A DNA stretch of 63,650 bases, counting the filler, from Octopus bimaculoides (taxonomy: Eukaryota), in NCBI RefSeq assembly GCF_001194135.2. It is 4 parts of 4 records of this genome, joined end to end, with 100 filler letters (N's around TTAATTAATTAA, not from the genome) between each part and the next. Parts side by side here need not be neighbours in the genome. Positions count along the whole stretch, not along the records: positions 1 to 26,108 come from NC_068984.1; positions 26,209 to 40,905 come from NC_068986.1; 2 more parts are not named here. One strand, written 5' to 3'. A program made the position numbers and the translations under genes. Shown here piece after piece: positions 23,711 through 36,472 of this stretch (positions are counted from its first letter, which is position 1; every line of letters begins with the position of its first letter). Under the pieces are notes generated by a model, which was not told the origin of the DNA, searched no databases, and saw only the letters and a program-made list of their open reading frames with translations.

Positions 23711-26108
23711 TTTGAGTGTGATTGTTTCCAGCTTTGCCTTACTGGCACTTGTGCCGGTGGCATGTGAACAAAACTTTAAAAAACATTTGTAAGACAGAAA
23801 CTAAGATGTTCAATTTCAAACAATTGACCACATATCTAAAAAGACTGAAATATTTCATCATTGGAATAGAATGCAATGCAGTGGTTATGTACTGTAGGTT
23901 AGCATTGAGTTGCTAATAGTTTTAGACTAACACTAATCTCATTTTGCTTTTATTGTTAATGACATGTATTAGTGTATAATGGTGATCACTTGTCTTGACA
24001 ATGTCTTTTCTGAGAATTCTACTCATTTCCAACAAATAAACTTAGATTAAGGGAACTTGTAATGCAGATTTAAAATTGATTTGAGAAGATTTTTGATGGA
24101 TTAATTTTTAGTTCAGCCAGAGAGCAAATCTCTAAGTTTGGTTGGTGGTGGGGAATTAACTCATATATTAACAAACAAATATTTGTTCAGAAAAAGAATA
24201 CCAAGAATGCTTGTCGAACAGTCATAGAGTATGAGGAAACATATTTGATCATTAGGACAGTCTTTTAATTCTGGCTTCAGTTCACAAATAGTTTTAATTC
24301 TAGTTCACTATATTTCTTGATTGGCCCATTGAAATTAACTGAATCATACACTTGTAGTCGTAATCAGCAATATTAGGTTATGTACAATCGATTCAGAAAT
24401 GTCATGCCAATGTCCTTTTAAAGAATTCCATGAATGACCAAGTCAATGAGAGAGTCTTTGTCTACAAGAGGTATAAAGGCAAGTACCTCAGAAAGGTTAG
24501 AATTGCTCATAGTTCTTTTGAGGATGTACAGAATTTTGAAATGTGTTCCTATTTCTTTCTCATGAAACAAGTATGAATTGTTAATTGGGTGTGATCAATG
24601 CAATGAAAAATTCCCATAGAAATAAAGCCTTTAACCTGCAACAAGGGGCAGTTACACAAGACGAAGCTTATTTAGAAGTTTGACTTGTAGAATTCAAAAG
24701 TTCTTAAGCCACTTCACAAAGTAACTGCACTATTTTTTATTTGTATGGCAGAGTCATACAAATAGAATTCTTGGTATTTATGAAGCATGAACCTGATTTA
24801 TGGTTGGAATAAAAGTTAGAGTTTTGTTTTCCAGTAGCTTGTTTCATATAGAGACAGAAGGGAACTGGTTGTAAATGAATGGAAATATATTCATCTCTTT
24901 ATACGTCAGCCATTACATTTTTGAAGTTACAATCTAAGATATGTTTCTAACCAGGTCTTACATACATTGCAACAGATTCTATTGTCAATTGTTTGCATGA
25001 GAAGAGCTTGTGTACTACTATGGCATCCTTTGTCAATTAAATAAAGCTAATTTTAAGCAGTTAAAGCATCATTGTGAACAACATACTAAAAGATTATTTA
25101 ACAACTATTTTGCTTTAACAAACTTTGCTAGTAGTCCCCGATAAGAGCCACCACTCCATTCAAGTATAGATTTATACTGAGTAATGCAAACAGTCAATGC
25201 TTAAAGGTGTGTGAAACCTCAGGAGCTGTTGAAGCTGCATCAAGTTCTTTCTCATATTATAATTCCCACTTTGTTTTCATGATTACAACTTTTAGTAAAT
25301 TAAATTGGAAAGGTGAGTCACTGAAGATGAGAGATATTGGTAGAACAATAGAATCAGTGGTTTACAAGAGTATTTATAGTAGTAGTAGGTACTAACTGTT
25401 GAGTTTTGTGGTGATTTAGTAACCATTTCTAATCTTATTATATAAAACATTATTTACATAGAATTATAAAATTAACAAATCTTGCTATTTAAAAAAAATG
25501 TTTATTGAAAGTGTACAAAAATGTTTATTGAAACTGTGTAAAAATATTTATTTTGTTAAATCTTCTGTAACAAATGGTATTAACTACATTAACAACTTGT
25601 TCCATAATTGCTTAAAGAGATCAGGAATTTTGAGTAATAATCAATGACGAGGTGAAAATATTTTTAGCATATATGTTGTGGATGTGTAAAATACCGAACA
25701 ATATCATCATTTTATTTGTTATTCTTCATAATATCTATTTAAATATATATTATGTAAAATATATTTTATATTTTTATTGGAAATTCTTCTAGAGCATTAT
25801 CTTTTTATTTATAGCATAATCACTAAAGGTATTAAACATAATACAAAGTGTAACCAAAAATCTCCCAGATTCTTCATTCTTGGCCACATAAAATGTAGGA
25901 AGGTTTTTCTGCCACAATCTTTATCAGCTACATCAACATTAACTGTATTCATTTTTAGCTTTTTAAACACTTTGAGAGGTAATTCTGAGCTGGAAGCTTT
26001 GGGTTACTATTTCTACCAACTTGGCCAACCCATGTCAATAAAGAAAGCATATCCATTATGATATACTTGGATATGAGAATATCCAGTGTGTGTGTGTGTG
26101 TGTGTGTG

Positions 26109-26208
26109 NNNNNNNNNNNNNNNNNNNNNNNNNNNNNNNNNNNNNNNNNNNNTTAATTAATTAANNNNNNNNNNNNNNNNNNNNNNNNNNNNNNNNNNNN
26201 NNNNNNNN
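26109..26208. other. Artificial 100-bp scaffold spacer (44 N + TTAATTAATTAA + 44 N)
   Basis: Identical construct at 40906-41005 and 53111-53210; the 12-mer has stops in all six frames. Confidence 0.95.
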
Positions 26209-26235
26209 ATTCTAACTAGGCGTTTATATATATAT

Positions 26236-26450
26236 GTATAAACTTAGATAAACTTAGATATGTTTCGACCAAAGATTGGTCCAGGCCATGTCTAACTTAA
26301 TAGCACCACCTGATAGAATTATCTAAATCCTTTTTAAGTGAAGTTTTGTTTATGGTCCATTCAAGTAGTGAGTTCTCATTGAGTGAGTTGTATCCAGGTA
26401 AGGGTGGCTTATCCTTGAAGAAATCTGTCTAGACCCCGTTTAAAGCTGAC
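26236..26450 (-). mobile_element. CR1-like LINE 3' end
   Basis: Minus-strand FKRGLDRFLQ..DKPPLPGYNSLNENSLLEW; 3' stem-loop gaccaatctttggtc; (ATCTAAGTTT)2 tail. Confidence 0.75.
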
Positions 26451-27120
26451 AGGATACTTTTCCTCTTTTATCTGTTTTGGGACAATGTTAAACAGTTCAG
26501 GCCCTGTTGAGGAAAAGAAATTATGCCGCAGTGTACCTATATGTTGTGATTCTGAATTGGACAGGGGACGAAAGCCCGTGGTCCCAGCCTTGGATGAACC
26601 TTGAAACTAATGATCAGGTCGTTTGGGCAATGCTGGCAGTATATTTTCCACATTGTACAAATGATGTACCGATCGCAGAGGTGCTAGGTGGATAGATAGA
26701 TACATAGATCGATAAATAGATAAGTGCATACATATATTTATACATATGTAGATATATGTATACACAGAGATACATCCGTGCATTTGCGCGCGAGCGTATG
26801 TTTTAATTTAAAGATCCTTTCTCACTAAGGTGGTTATAGAGGAATGGAGAAATGAGAGCACCGGGAGATGGTACTGGTAGTTATGAAACAGATCTTAAGA
26901 AGAACATCTTTTATATAAAGAATAAATACCACCCATTCACTTTTATATTGACTTTTATATTGACTCTTATACTGACTTTTATATTTTTGGAAATGAATTA
27001 TAATATAAACGAAAATATTCTCATCGTTTTAGACATCCTTGCTCGAGAAGAATCCTATCAAAGTGAAACGCATCGGTGAAAGACAAATGTTAAAACGTGC
27101 CTTTTTTTGTTTATTTTATT

Positions 27121-27151
<31 letters not shown>

Positions 27152-27874
27152 TTCATATGCTACCAGAAAAAAAAGAAGCAAAATGATGATAATAATAAGT
27201 CTCAAGATCAGTGAGCATCCGGACTCGACTCCCGTGTAATGTAAACCATTTACCTGCTGCATCCTTCACATATGGTGTAGTAAATACAGATTGCCCTAAA
27301 CCTTTAGTCCCGTGGAAATGCGTTTGTGACAACCATATATATATATATATATANNNNNNNNNNNNNNNNNNNNNNNNNNNNNNNNNNNNNNNNNNNNNNN
27401 NNNNNNNNNNNNNNNNNNNNNNNNNNNNNNNNNNNNNNNNNNNNNNNNNNNNNNNNNNNNNNNNNNNNNNNNNNNNNNNNNNNNNNNNNNNNNNNNNNNN
27501 NNNNNNNNNNNNNNNNNNNNNNNNNNNNNNNNNNNNNNNNNNNNNNNNNNNNNNNNNNNNNNNNNNNNNNNNNNNNNNNNNNNNNNNNNNNNNNNNNNNN
27601 NNNNNNNNNNNNNNNNNNNNNNNNNNNNNNNNNNNNNNNNNNNNNNNNNNNNNNNNNNNNNNNNNNNNNNNNNNNNNNNNNNNNNNNNNNNNNNNNNNNN
27701 NNNNNNNNNNNNNNNNNNNNNNNNNNNNNNNNNNNNNNNNNNNNNNNNNNNNNNNNNNNNNNNNNNNNNNNNNNNNNNNNNNNNNNNNNNNNNNNNNNNN
27801 NNNNNNNNNNNNNNNNNNNNNNNNNNNNNNNNNNNNNNNNNNNNNNNNNNNNNNNNNNNNNNNNTTTCCATTCC

Positions 27875-28110
27875 TAGGCCGGGCGTTGTGTGTGTTTATT
27901 GAGCGAAAACACCTAAAGCTCCACGTGGCTCAGGCAGGGGGTGGTGGCGACCCCTGTTGTACTCTTTCACCCCAACTTTCTCTCACTCTTTCTTCCTGTT
28001 TCTTGAGTAACGCTGCGATAGGGTGGCGTCCCGTCCAGCTGGGGGGAACGCATACGCCATAGAAACCGGGAAACTGGGCCCATGAGCCTGGCTAGGCTTT
28101 AAAAGGGTGC
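27875..28110 (+). mobile_element. SINE with family B 5' body but a different 3' module
   Basis: Matches family B up to ctttcttcctgtttct, then continues tgagtaacgctgcgatagggtggcgtcccgtccag...gaaaccgggaaac...aaaagggtgcat-polyA. Confidence 0.75.
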
Positions 28111-28149
28111 ATAAAAAAAAACAAATGATAAATATATATATTCTTTCTA

Positions 28150-28240
28150 CACAGCCATGCAAGTGTCTTCTACTTTGGGCTCGGCCCAAAGCCTTGTTAC
28201 TGGATTTGGTAGATGGAAATCGGAGAAACCCTGTGTTTGT

Positions 28241-28292
<52 letters not shown>

Positions 28293-28500
28293 ATGCATGT
28301 AAGTGTGCATCTTTGTGCTTGTTTTTTCCTCCGCTACCGCTTGACAATCAATCTTGGTGTATTTACGTCCCCGTAACTTTCAGGAAGTACTTCAAACAAA
28401 AGCAAAAAGAAGATAAGAATTGGGGGTCGATTTATTCGACTAAATCATAAAGGCAGTGTCCGAACATGGTTGCAGTCAAATGACTGAAACATGTAAAAGA
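28150..28500 (+). mobile_element. 5'-truncated SINE family A with internal (ATCT)n
   Basis: caagtgtcttctact...(atct)n...tacgtccccgtaac...gcagtcaaatgactgaaaca. Confidence 0.8.
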
Positions 28501-29522
28501 GATAAAAGAGAGATTTTGTTTTTTCATCCAAAATGGAGACGAATACGATAAATCTATGTGATCGCTTTGAAAAATTGTTAAGATATTAAGATATTTTCTT
28601 AACATGAAACCAATTGTAGACTTAATACNNNNNNNNNNNNNNNNNNNNNNNNNNNNNNNNNNNNNNNNNNNNNNNNNNNNNNNNNNNNNNNNNNNNNNNN
28701 NNNNNNNNNNNNNNNNNNNNNNNNNNNNNNNNNNNNNNNNNNNNNNNNNNNNNNNNNNNNNNNNNNNNNNNNNNNNNNNNNNNNNNNNNNNNNNNNNNNN
28801 NNNNNNNNNNNNNNNNNNNNNNNNNNNNNNNNNNNNNNNNNNNNNNNNNNNNNNNNNNNNNNNNNNNNNNNNNNNNNNNNNNNNNNNNNNNNNNNNNNNN
28901 NNNNNNNNNNNNNNNNNNNNNNNNNNNNNNNNNNNNNNNNNNNNNNNNNNNNNNNNNNNNNNNNNNNNNNNNNNNNNNNNNNNNNNNNNNNNNNNNNNNN
29001 NNNNNNNNNNNNNNNNNNNNNNNNNNNNNNNNNNNNNNNNNNNNNNNNNNNNNNNNNNNNNNNNNNNNNNNNNNNNNNNNNNNNNNNNNNNNNNNNNNNN
29101 NNNNNNNNNNNNNNNNNNNNNNNNNNNNNNNNNNNNNNNNNNNNNNNNNNNNNNNNNNNNNNNNNNNNNNNNNNNNNNNNNNNNNNNNNNNNNNNNNNNN
29201 NNNNNNNNNNNNNNNNNNNNNNNNNNNNNNNNNNNNNNNNNNNNNNNNNNNNNNNNNNNNNNNNNNNNNNNNNNNNNNNNNNNNNNNNNNNNNNNNNNNN
29301 NNNNNNNNNNNNNNNNNNNNNNNNNNNNNNNNNNNNNNNNNNNNNNNNNNNNNNNNNNNNNNNNNNNNNNNNNNNNNNNNNNNNNNNNNNNNNNNNNNNN
29401 NNNNNNNNNNNNNNNNNNNNNNNNNNNNNNNNNNNNNNNNNNNNNNNNNNNNNNNNNNNNNNNNNNNNNNNNNNNNNNNNNNNNNNNNNNNNNNNNNNNN
29501 NNNNNNNNNNNNNNNNNNNNNN

Positions 29523-29577
<55 letters not shown>

Positions 29578-29964
29578 CACACTCACACGTACACACACAT
29601 ATTGTATGCATATAGAAGTGTGTATATATATATGTGTGTGTGAAAGACAGTTTATATTCTAGAAATGATTACTTCTGTAGTAGTAGCATTAATTTTATTG
29701 TTGTTCCCTTCGTCGTTTTTTCTCAACGTTTTTGTTAATGTTGTTATTGCTGTTGTCGTTGTTGTTGTTATTGTTGCTGTTTTGTCAGCTGAATATTAGT
29801 AACAAATGAACCAGTAACCAGTTACACTCATGACCATGCAGATATGGAATGCAAACACATCCAAAGTATTCTCACTAACGATGTAAAAGACTGGCACTTG
29901 ACATGCAGCTGGAGAATGGCACACGTTGTTTGTGTATGTCTATGCATGTATATGTATAAGTATG

Positions 29965-30011
<47 letters not shown>

Positions 30012-31239
30012 TGTGTGTATGTGTTTGTGTGTGTGTGTGTGCGTGTGTGTGTGTCTTGTGTTATCTGGTGTCCACATGTTTGTGTTCATGGCTGTGTGTG
30101 TACGTGATGTGTACATGCGTGTGATTTTTGCGGACGCCATGTGAGTTTCTGTCAATGTTAAGTCGTAAAGCGTTGATCTGGCAAGTAAATAGCGGAAGTC
30201 ACATGTCCAGTGTTGACAATAAACATCACATTGAAGCAGAAGAAATTGCAAAGAACAAGGCAAGTTAGAAATTATTGAATGAGAAACAATTCAGTTGAAA
30301 TGAAAGGCATCAGTTTACTGGTGAATATGACGACAAACGTGATAAATGAAACTAAAAGAAAGATGGTGGGGTTATGGACTAAAATAGGAAGAAAATGTCT
30401 CGAATATAATAGCAACAAAAAAGGTCAAAATGGGGTGGGTGGAGAAAAATATATGTAAGTAAAATGTAGAACAAAATTAAGAATGAATAAACCCATGTGT
30501 CGACACGTGATGGGAGAGAGAGAAAGATAAAGTGAGTGAGAGAGGAGGAGATAAAGAGAGAAAGAGAGAGATAAAGAAATGAAAAAGCGAAAGACAAGTA
30601 AGAGGAGAGAGATGTATAGGAACCCTTCTTGTATTTTCTTCTGCTGTGTATTGTAGAATACAGAGGTGTTGATTCATATATGACAAGGTGAGAATAACTA
30701 GTGCAAAGAAACAGTGAAAGAAGGAACTATAAATATTGCTGAACTACCAATAGCGTTAGCATTACCATCACTATCGTCAACTGTTAGGTGTAATAAGATG
30801 TAATAATATCACTGACAGCATCAGTAATAATAATACCAGTAGTGTTAGAAATAACAATAATTATTGTAATTATAATATGTCTAGCCTAATAGTCTAAATC
30901 CATGAAACAGTTATATAGAAAGTTAGGTCCCAGCTATTTAAACTCTGTAAACGAACACCTATAAAGTATCGAACATAAATCATTAGTAAAAGCGATAAAC
31001 ACAAAAGAGTGAACAGTACAGCTGCAACAAGAATAACAATCATAATAGCAAAATAAGAAAAAAACAATAACAGCCAGCTACTATTACTACTAAGGTGCTA
31101 AATCTAATCCGAAGTAGAACTATGTAATTCAACAATGTTCTCAGAAAGCAAGCGTACTTTGTGTGAAAAGTTATAGAAGGGTCTAGAATACAAAACTATG
31201 TACAACGGGTTTGATTCAATTCACTGTACTTCATTTATT

Positions 31240-31247
<8 letters not shown>

Positions 31248-31300
<53 letters not shown>
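31248..31300. repeat. (TAA)n microsatellite
   Basis: Direct trinucleotide run. Confidence 0.95.
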
Positions 31301-31302
<2 letters not shown>

Positions 31303-32149
31303 TTTTTATTGTCAAAACGGAAAGCAAAGCCCACGACCCATTACAGAACCATTAATAAGATTGATAGGAAAGAAAGAGGAAAATATTTGCAAACCATAAA
31401 CGTAATCCGAATGATTGCAACAGAGCGGAATTTGTTAAAGATAACCATAGTGCCAGAGAGTGGTGTTTAATCAGGCGAGCGATTAAGTCTACCACCTAAG
31501 TAAGCTATGGTGACATTTGAATTCCGGACACAAAGAGCCAGAAATAACTGAGAGGCATCTGGTCCATTGCCCTTATGGTTTTGCCAATCCATTGCCTAGA
31601 TGATGATTCGTATTTCTTAATCGACCCCAATAGGATGAAAGGCAATGTTGACATGAGCAGGAGTTGAATTAAGAACGTAATGAGAAGGAACAAATATCAC
31701 GATACAATCAATGGTATTTCGATGCACTTGATGACTAGCAAAAGTTATGTGGTGAATGTTACTAAAAGAATTTAGATAATTATATCTTTAAAATTTTATT
31801 CTGAATAAATCACGCATTTACTTCTTGCCAAGTCACGTAAAGCAGAAAGTGGATGTGGGGCGGGGGGGGGGAATGAAATGCTTACAATACACATATAAGT
31901 ATTTGTATAAAGTTATTTTCATTGTGTGCATTTCGCTGCAAAACAACACGGAGATAGTCATCCGAAGGAGTAGGCAAGATCCACAATCTTACTGCTCCAG
32001 ATAAACAATACCGCCTCCTATTAGAGGACCATACTATTCATTCTGAGAAGTAGTGAAGTTAATCATATAAAGTGCAGAGCTGTAATCAGGTGTCAGTGTG
32101 CTCTCTCCTCTCTCGAGTCTGTTTCTCTGAAAATGCGAATTCTGGAAGT

Positions 32150-32820
32150 GACCACACTGGTGCTGGCAATTTAGTAAGTGTGGTCAGAGTGTTGGGAATG
32201 TTTTTCTGCAATCACCTCCGGTGAATACCAGCTTAGTTCAAGAGGTTACTGAGGCTATTGATGGTTTTGTATGTGCGTACGTGTTTGGCTTACTTGAAAG
32301 AAATTGATAGCGAGCTTAGGATTGCGTTGTAGTAGTGTCAGGAATATTCTAAATGTAGATGTTGGTGTGTATGTAAAATACCAAGGTCGATAAAGGTTAG
32401 TCTTTGCTGCAGTATACATTATGCACTTCTCAAATATAGGTTCACTTTACATTTTTACTGTCTTTGAGTGACTGTGTAGATGGTTCATGGATGTGATCTG
32501 TGAGCAGCGTGCGATGATGGGATGTGCTTGAGGGTTTTGTAGGGAAAATGGCAACTCAGGCTCAGGCTGAAGGGAAGAGAAGTGCCTATGGCCCTTGCAG
32601 ATCCTCTGAGATAAGGCGAACGCGTTGTTAGTAATGTTCTCCTTGAACTGATAAAGGTCAACATCTGCTAAAAAGAAAGGAATAGGGAAAGGATTGCAAA
32701 GGGCCAATGATTTGCGGAAGAGGAAATGAGCGTAGTGATATAGTGCAGAACCGGTGTAAGAGTTGGACGCACCAAGATTGAAGAGAACTGGAGAAATAAG
32801 TGAATTGGGGATACCCAAGT
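32150..32820 (-). mobile_element. Highly degenerate LINE reverse-transcriptase fragment
   Basis: GIPNSLISPVLFNL resembles GxPQGSxxSPxLFN; FLADVDLY resembles (F/Y)ADD at plausible spacing. Confidence 0.55.
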
Positions 32821-32961
32821 AGTAAAAGAAGAAATCTACTTAGCTCTGAAGAACATTATTGTTGTAGCACAAAAACAGAGTGAGGAGAGCACATACCAGT
32901 GTGGGGGGGGGGTGCGAAATTTGGAGCTTATGTCAGTGATTTAATGTAGAAGTCAGTATTG

Positions 32962-34345
32962 CAGGCTTTGTTGTGTAGTAAGAAGCTTGCTTCCAAACCA
33001 CAGGGCTCGGGGTTCAGTCCCACTCTCTGACACCTTGGGCAAGTGTCTTGTACTATAGTCTCGGGCCGACCAAAATTGTGTGAGTGGATTTAGTAGACAG
33101 AAACTGAAAGAAGCTTGTCGTATATATATATATATATATATATATATATNNNNNNNNNNNNNNNNNNNNNNNNNNNNNNNNNNNNNNNNNNNNNNNNNNN
33201 NNNNNNNNNNNNNNNNNNNNNNNNNNNNNNNNNNNNNNNNNNNNNNNNNNNNNNNNNNNNNNNNNNNNNNNNNNNNNNNNNNNNNNNNNNNNNNNNNNNN
33301 NNNNNNNNNNNNNNNNNNNNNNNNNNNNNNNNNNNNNNNNNNNNNNNNNNNNNNNNNNNNNNNNNNNNNNNNNNNNNNNNNNNNNNNNNNNNNNNNNNNN
33401 NNNNNNNNNNNNNNNNNNNNNNNNNNNNNNNNNNNNNNNNNNNNNNNNNNNNNNNNNNNNNNNNNNNNNNNNNNNNNNNNNNNNNNNNNNNNNNNNNNNN
33501 NNNNNNNNNNNNNNNNNNNNNNNNNNNNNNNNNNNNNNNNNNNNNNNNNNNNNNNNNNNNNNNNNNNNNNNNNNNNNNNNNNNNNNNNNNNNNNNNNNNN
33601 NNNNNNNNNNNNNNNNNNNNNNNNNNNNNNNNNNNNNNNNNNNNNNNNNNNNNNNNNNNNNNNNNNNNNNNNNNNNNNNNNNNNNNNNNNNNNNNNNNNN
33701 NNNNNNNNNNNNNNNNNNNNNNNNNNNNNNNNNNNNNNNNNNNNNNNNNNNNNNNNNNNNNNNNNNNNNNNNNNNNNNNNNNNNNNNNNNNNNNNNNNNN
33801 NNNNNNNNNNNNNNNNNNNNNNNNNNNNNNNNNNNNNNNNNNNNNNNNNNNNNNNNNNNNNNNNNNNNNNNNNNNNNNNNNNNNNNNNNNNNNNNNNNNN
33901 NNNNNNNNNNNNNNNNNNNNNNNNNNNNNNNNNNNNNNNNNNNNNNNNNNNNNNNNNNNNNNNNNNNNNNNNNNNNNNNNNNNNNNNNNNNNNNNNNNNN
34001 NNNNNNNNNNNNNNNNNNNNNNNNNNNNNNNNNNNNNNNNNNNNNNNNNNNNNNNNNNNNNNNNNNNNNNNNNNNNNNNNNNNNNNNNNNNNNNNNNNNN
34101 NNNNNNNNNNNNNNNNNNNNTATATATGTAGGTATGGATATATTTGTGTGTCTGAGTCTGTATTTGCTCCTTCCCCCATCACCTGACAACCGATGTTGAT
34201 GTCTTTATGTCCCCGTAATCCAGCGGTTCGGCATAAGAAACCTATAGAATAAGTACCAGGCTTACAAAGAATAACTCCAAGGGACAATAGCTTCAACTAA
34301 ACAAGGTGGTGCTCCAGCATGGCCATACTCAAACAGACAGTAAAG
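32962..34345 (+). mobile_element. SINE family A spanning a ~970-N gap in its internal (TA)n
   Basis: Head at 32962-33120 retains CpGs (ctcgggccgacc); tail at 34175-34345. Confidence 0.85.
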
Positions 34346-34379
34346 GAATAAAAGAATTGCCTAAATGTTGCTGTTATGC

Positions 34380-34674
34380 TGCAGTTTTTATTGTCGATGT
34401 TGCTATTGTTGTGCTGTAGTTGTTTGTGTCATTGTTGTTATTGCAGTTGTTGCTGCTGCTGATGCTGCTGCTACTGATGCTGCAGTTGTTGTTATCGTTG
34501 TGGTGCTGATGTAGCTGTTGTTGATATCGTCGTCGTCGTCGTCGTCGTCGTTGTTGTTGATTAATGTGTCCTCGTTGCCATTTTGTCTAAAGCTGGAATA
34601 CATTTGGTTCACTTTCATTTTTATTTGTGAAAGAACGGCATTAATTCTGGAGAGCTACAACAACAACAACAACA

Positions 34675-34734
<60 letters not shown>

Positions 34735-34884
34735 TCAAAATCGTTTATTATTGCAATAGTACAAACTACTACAAATAACAGTGTCGACGGTAGCAGTGGT
34801 AGTATTTTAATGGTATTAGTGTTAGTTGTAGTGACGTTAATGATGATGGTGAATATGGTGATGATGATGATGGTGATGTTGGTG

Positions 34885-34916
<32 letters not shown>

Positions 34917-35250
34917 GGTGGTGGTGGTGATGGTACTAGTGGTGATGGTGAAAACGATTACATTGGAAGGTGAGATGATGACAAAAGCAATGAGAGGTGA
35001 GAGAAAATAATAGCAAATGTAGTAGTAGTAGTAATAGTAGTAGTAGGAGGAGGAGGATGAGGAGGAGGGAGAAGTGGAGGAGGTGGAGGAGATAAAGAAG
35101 AAGGCTACAAGAGGAAAAACAGAAGAAAAACAAGATAAACAAGAAAAAGAAGAGGAAATAAAGAAGAAAGAAAGAAAGAATGAAGAAAGAAAGAAAGAAG
35201 AAAGAAAGAAAAAGAATCAAGAAGAAGAAGAAGAAGAAGAAGAAGAAGAA
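34380..35250. repeat. Compound trinucleotide/purine low-complexity block (TTG, GTC, AAC, CTA, GTA, GAA)
   Basis: Consecutive simple-repeat runs. Confidence 0.9.
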
Positions 35251-35628
35251 TGTCAGCAGCGATCAAGCTAAGTGGAGAGTACCGTGCGACTTGGGTGCGT
35301 GAGTATGTAACAAGGGTGTATGGTAGGTTGAGGGGAATGAAAGGGTGAGGGTAAGAGGAAAGAGAGAGCATGTTTAGCACCAAATGACCTGCGTCTTGAA
35401 GAACTTTCTAAAGAAGCAAGTAATAGTCAGAAAATGTCAAGGGTGGTGGGGAACTGGCCGCGAGTCCAGCTGAAATAGCAAACGTATCTGGATACAAGAA
35501 TGATGTCGAAACATATTTCAATAGATCTAATGGAAATGTGTAGAGTTGGGCATTTAGTAACAAATGTCAGACCATCACTGACAACACAAGCCTACGTATG
35601 TATGTATGTATGTATGTATGTATGTATG

Positions 35629-35662
<34 letters not shown>

Positions 35663-36424
35663 TGCATGCATGTATGCATATATGCATGTATGTATGCATG
35701 TATGCGTGTATGAATACATGCATGTATGTACGTTTCTATGTATGTATGTCCGTATGCATGTATGTGTGCAGTTATCAATACACATGTGAACATACACATA
35801 TATGTATATTATATATGTGTGTGTGTTATGTGCATATCTGTGTATAAATCTATTTGTTTGTATATATATANNNNNNNNNNNNNNNNNNNNNNNNNNNNNN
35901 NNNNNNNNNNNNNNNNNNNNNNNNNNNNNNNNNNNNNNNNNNNNNNNNNNNNNNNNNNNNNNNNNNNNNNNNNNNNNNNNNNNNNNNNNNNNNNNNNNNN
36001 NNNNNNNNNNNNNNNNNNNNNNNNNNNNNNNNNNNNNNNNNNNNNNNNNNNNNNNNNNNNNNNNNNNNNNNNNNNNNNNNNNNNNNNNNNNNNNNNNNNN
36101 NNNNNNNNNNNNNNNNNNNNNNNNNNNNNNNNNNNNNNNNNNNNNNNNNNNNNNNNNNNNNNNNNNNNNNNNNNNNNNNNNNNNNNNNNNNNNNNNNNNN
36201 NNNNNNNNNNNNNNNNNNNNNNNNNNNNNNNNNNNNNNNNNNNNNNNNNNNNNNNNNNNNNNNNNNNNNNNNNNNNNNNNNNNNNNNNNNNNNNNNNNNN
36301 NNNNNNNNNNNNNNNNNNNNNNNNNNNNNNNNNNNNNNNNNNNNNNNNNNNNNNNNNNNNNNNNNNNNNNNNNNNNNNNNNNNNNNNNNNNNNNNNNNNN
36401 NNNNNNNNNNNNNNNNNNNNNNGA

Positions 36425-36472
<48 letters not shown>

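Noticed and set aside
26153-26164. TTAATTAATTAA islands inside N runs (also 40950 and 53155)
   Set aside because: Identical 44N-12-44N constructs are assembly spacers, not biology.
27254-27320. Donor CAG|gtaaat with peptide GQSVFTTPYVKDAAG (Cache/alpha2delta-like)
   Set aside because: Too short, no good acceptor, next to a gap, and no consistent partner exons.
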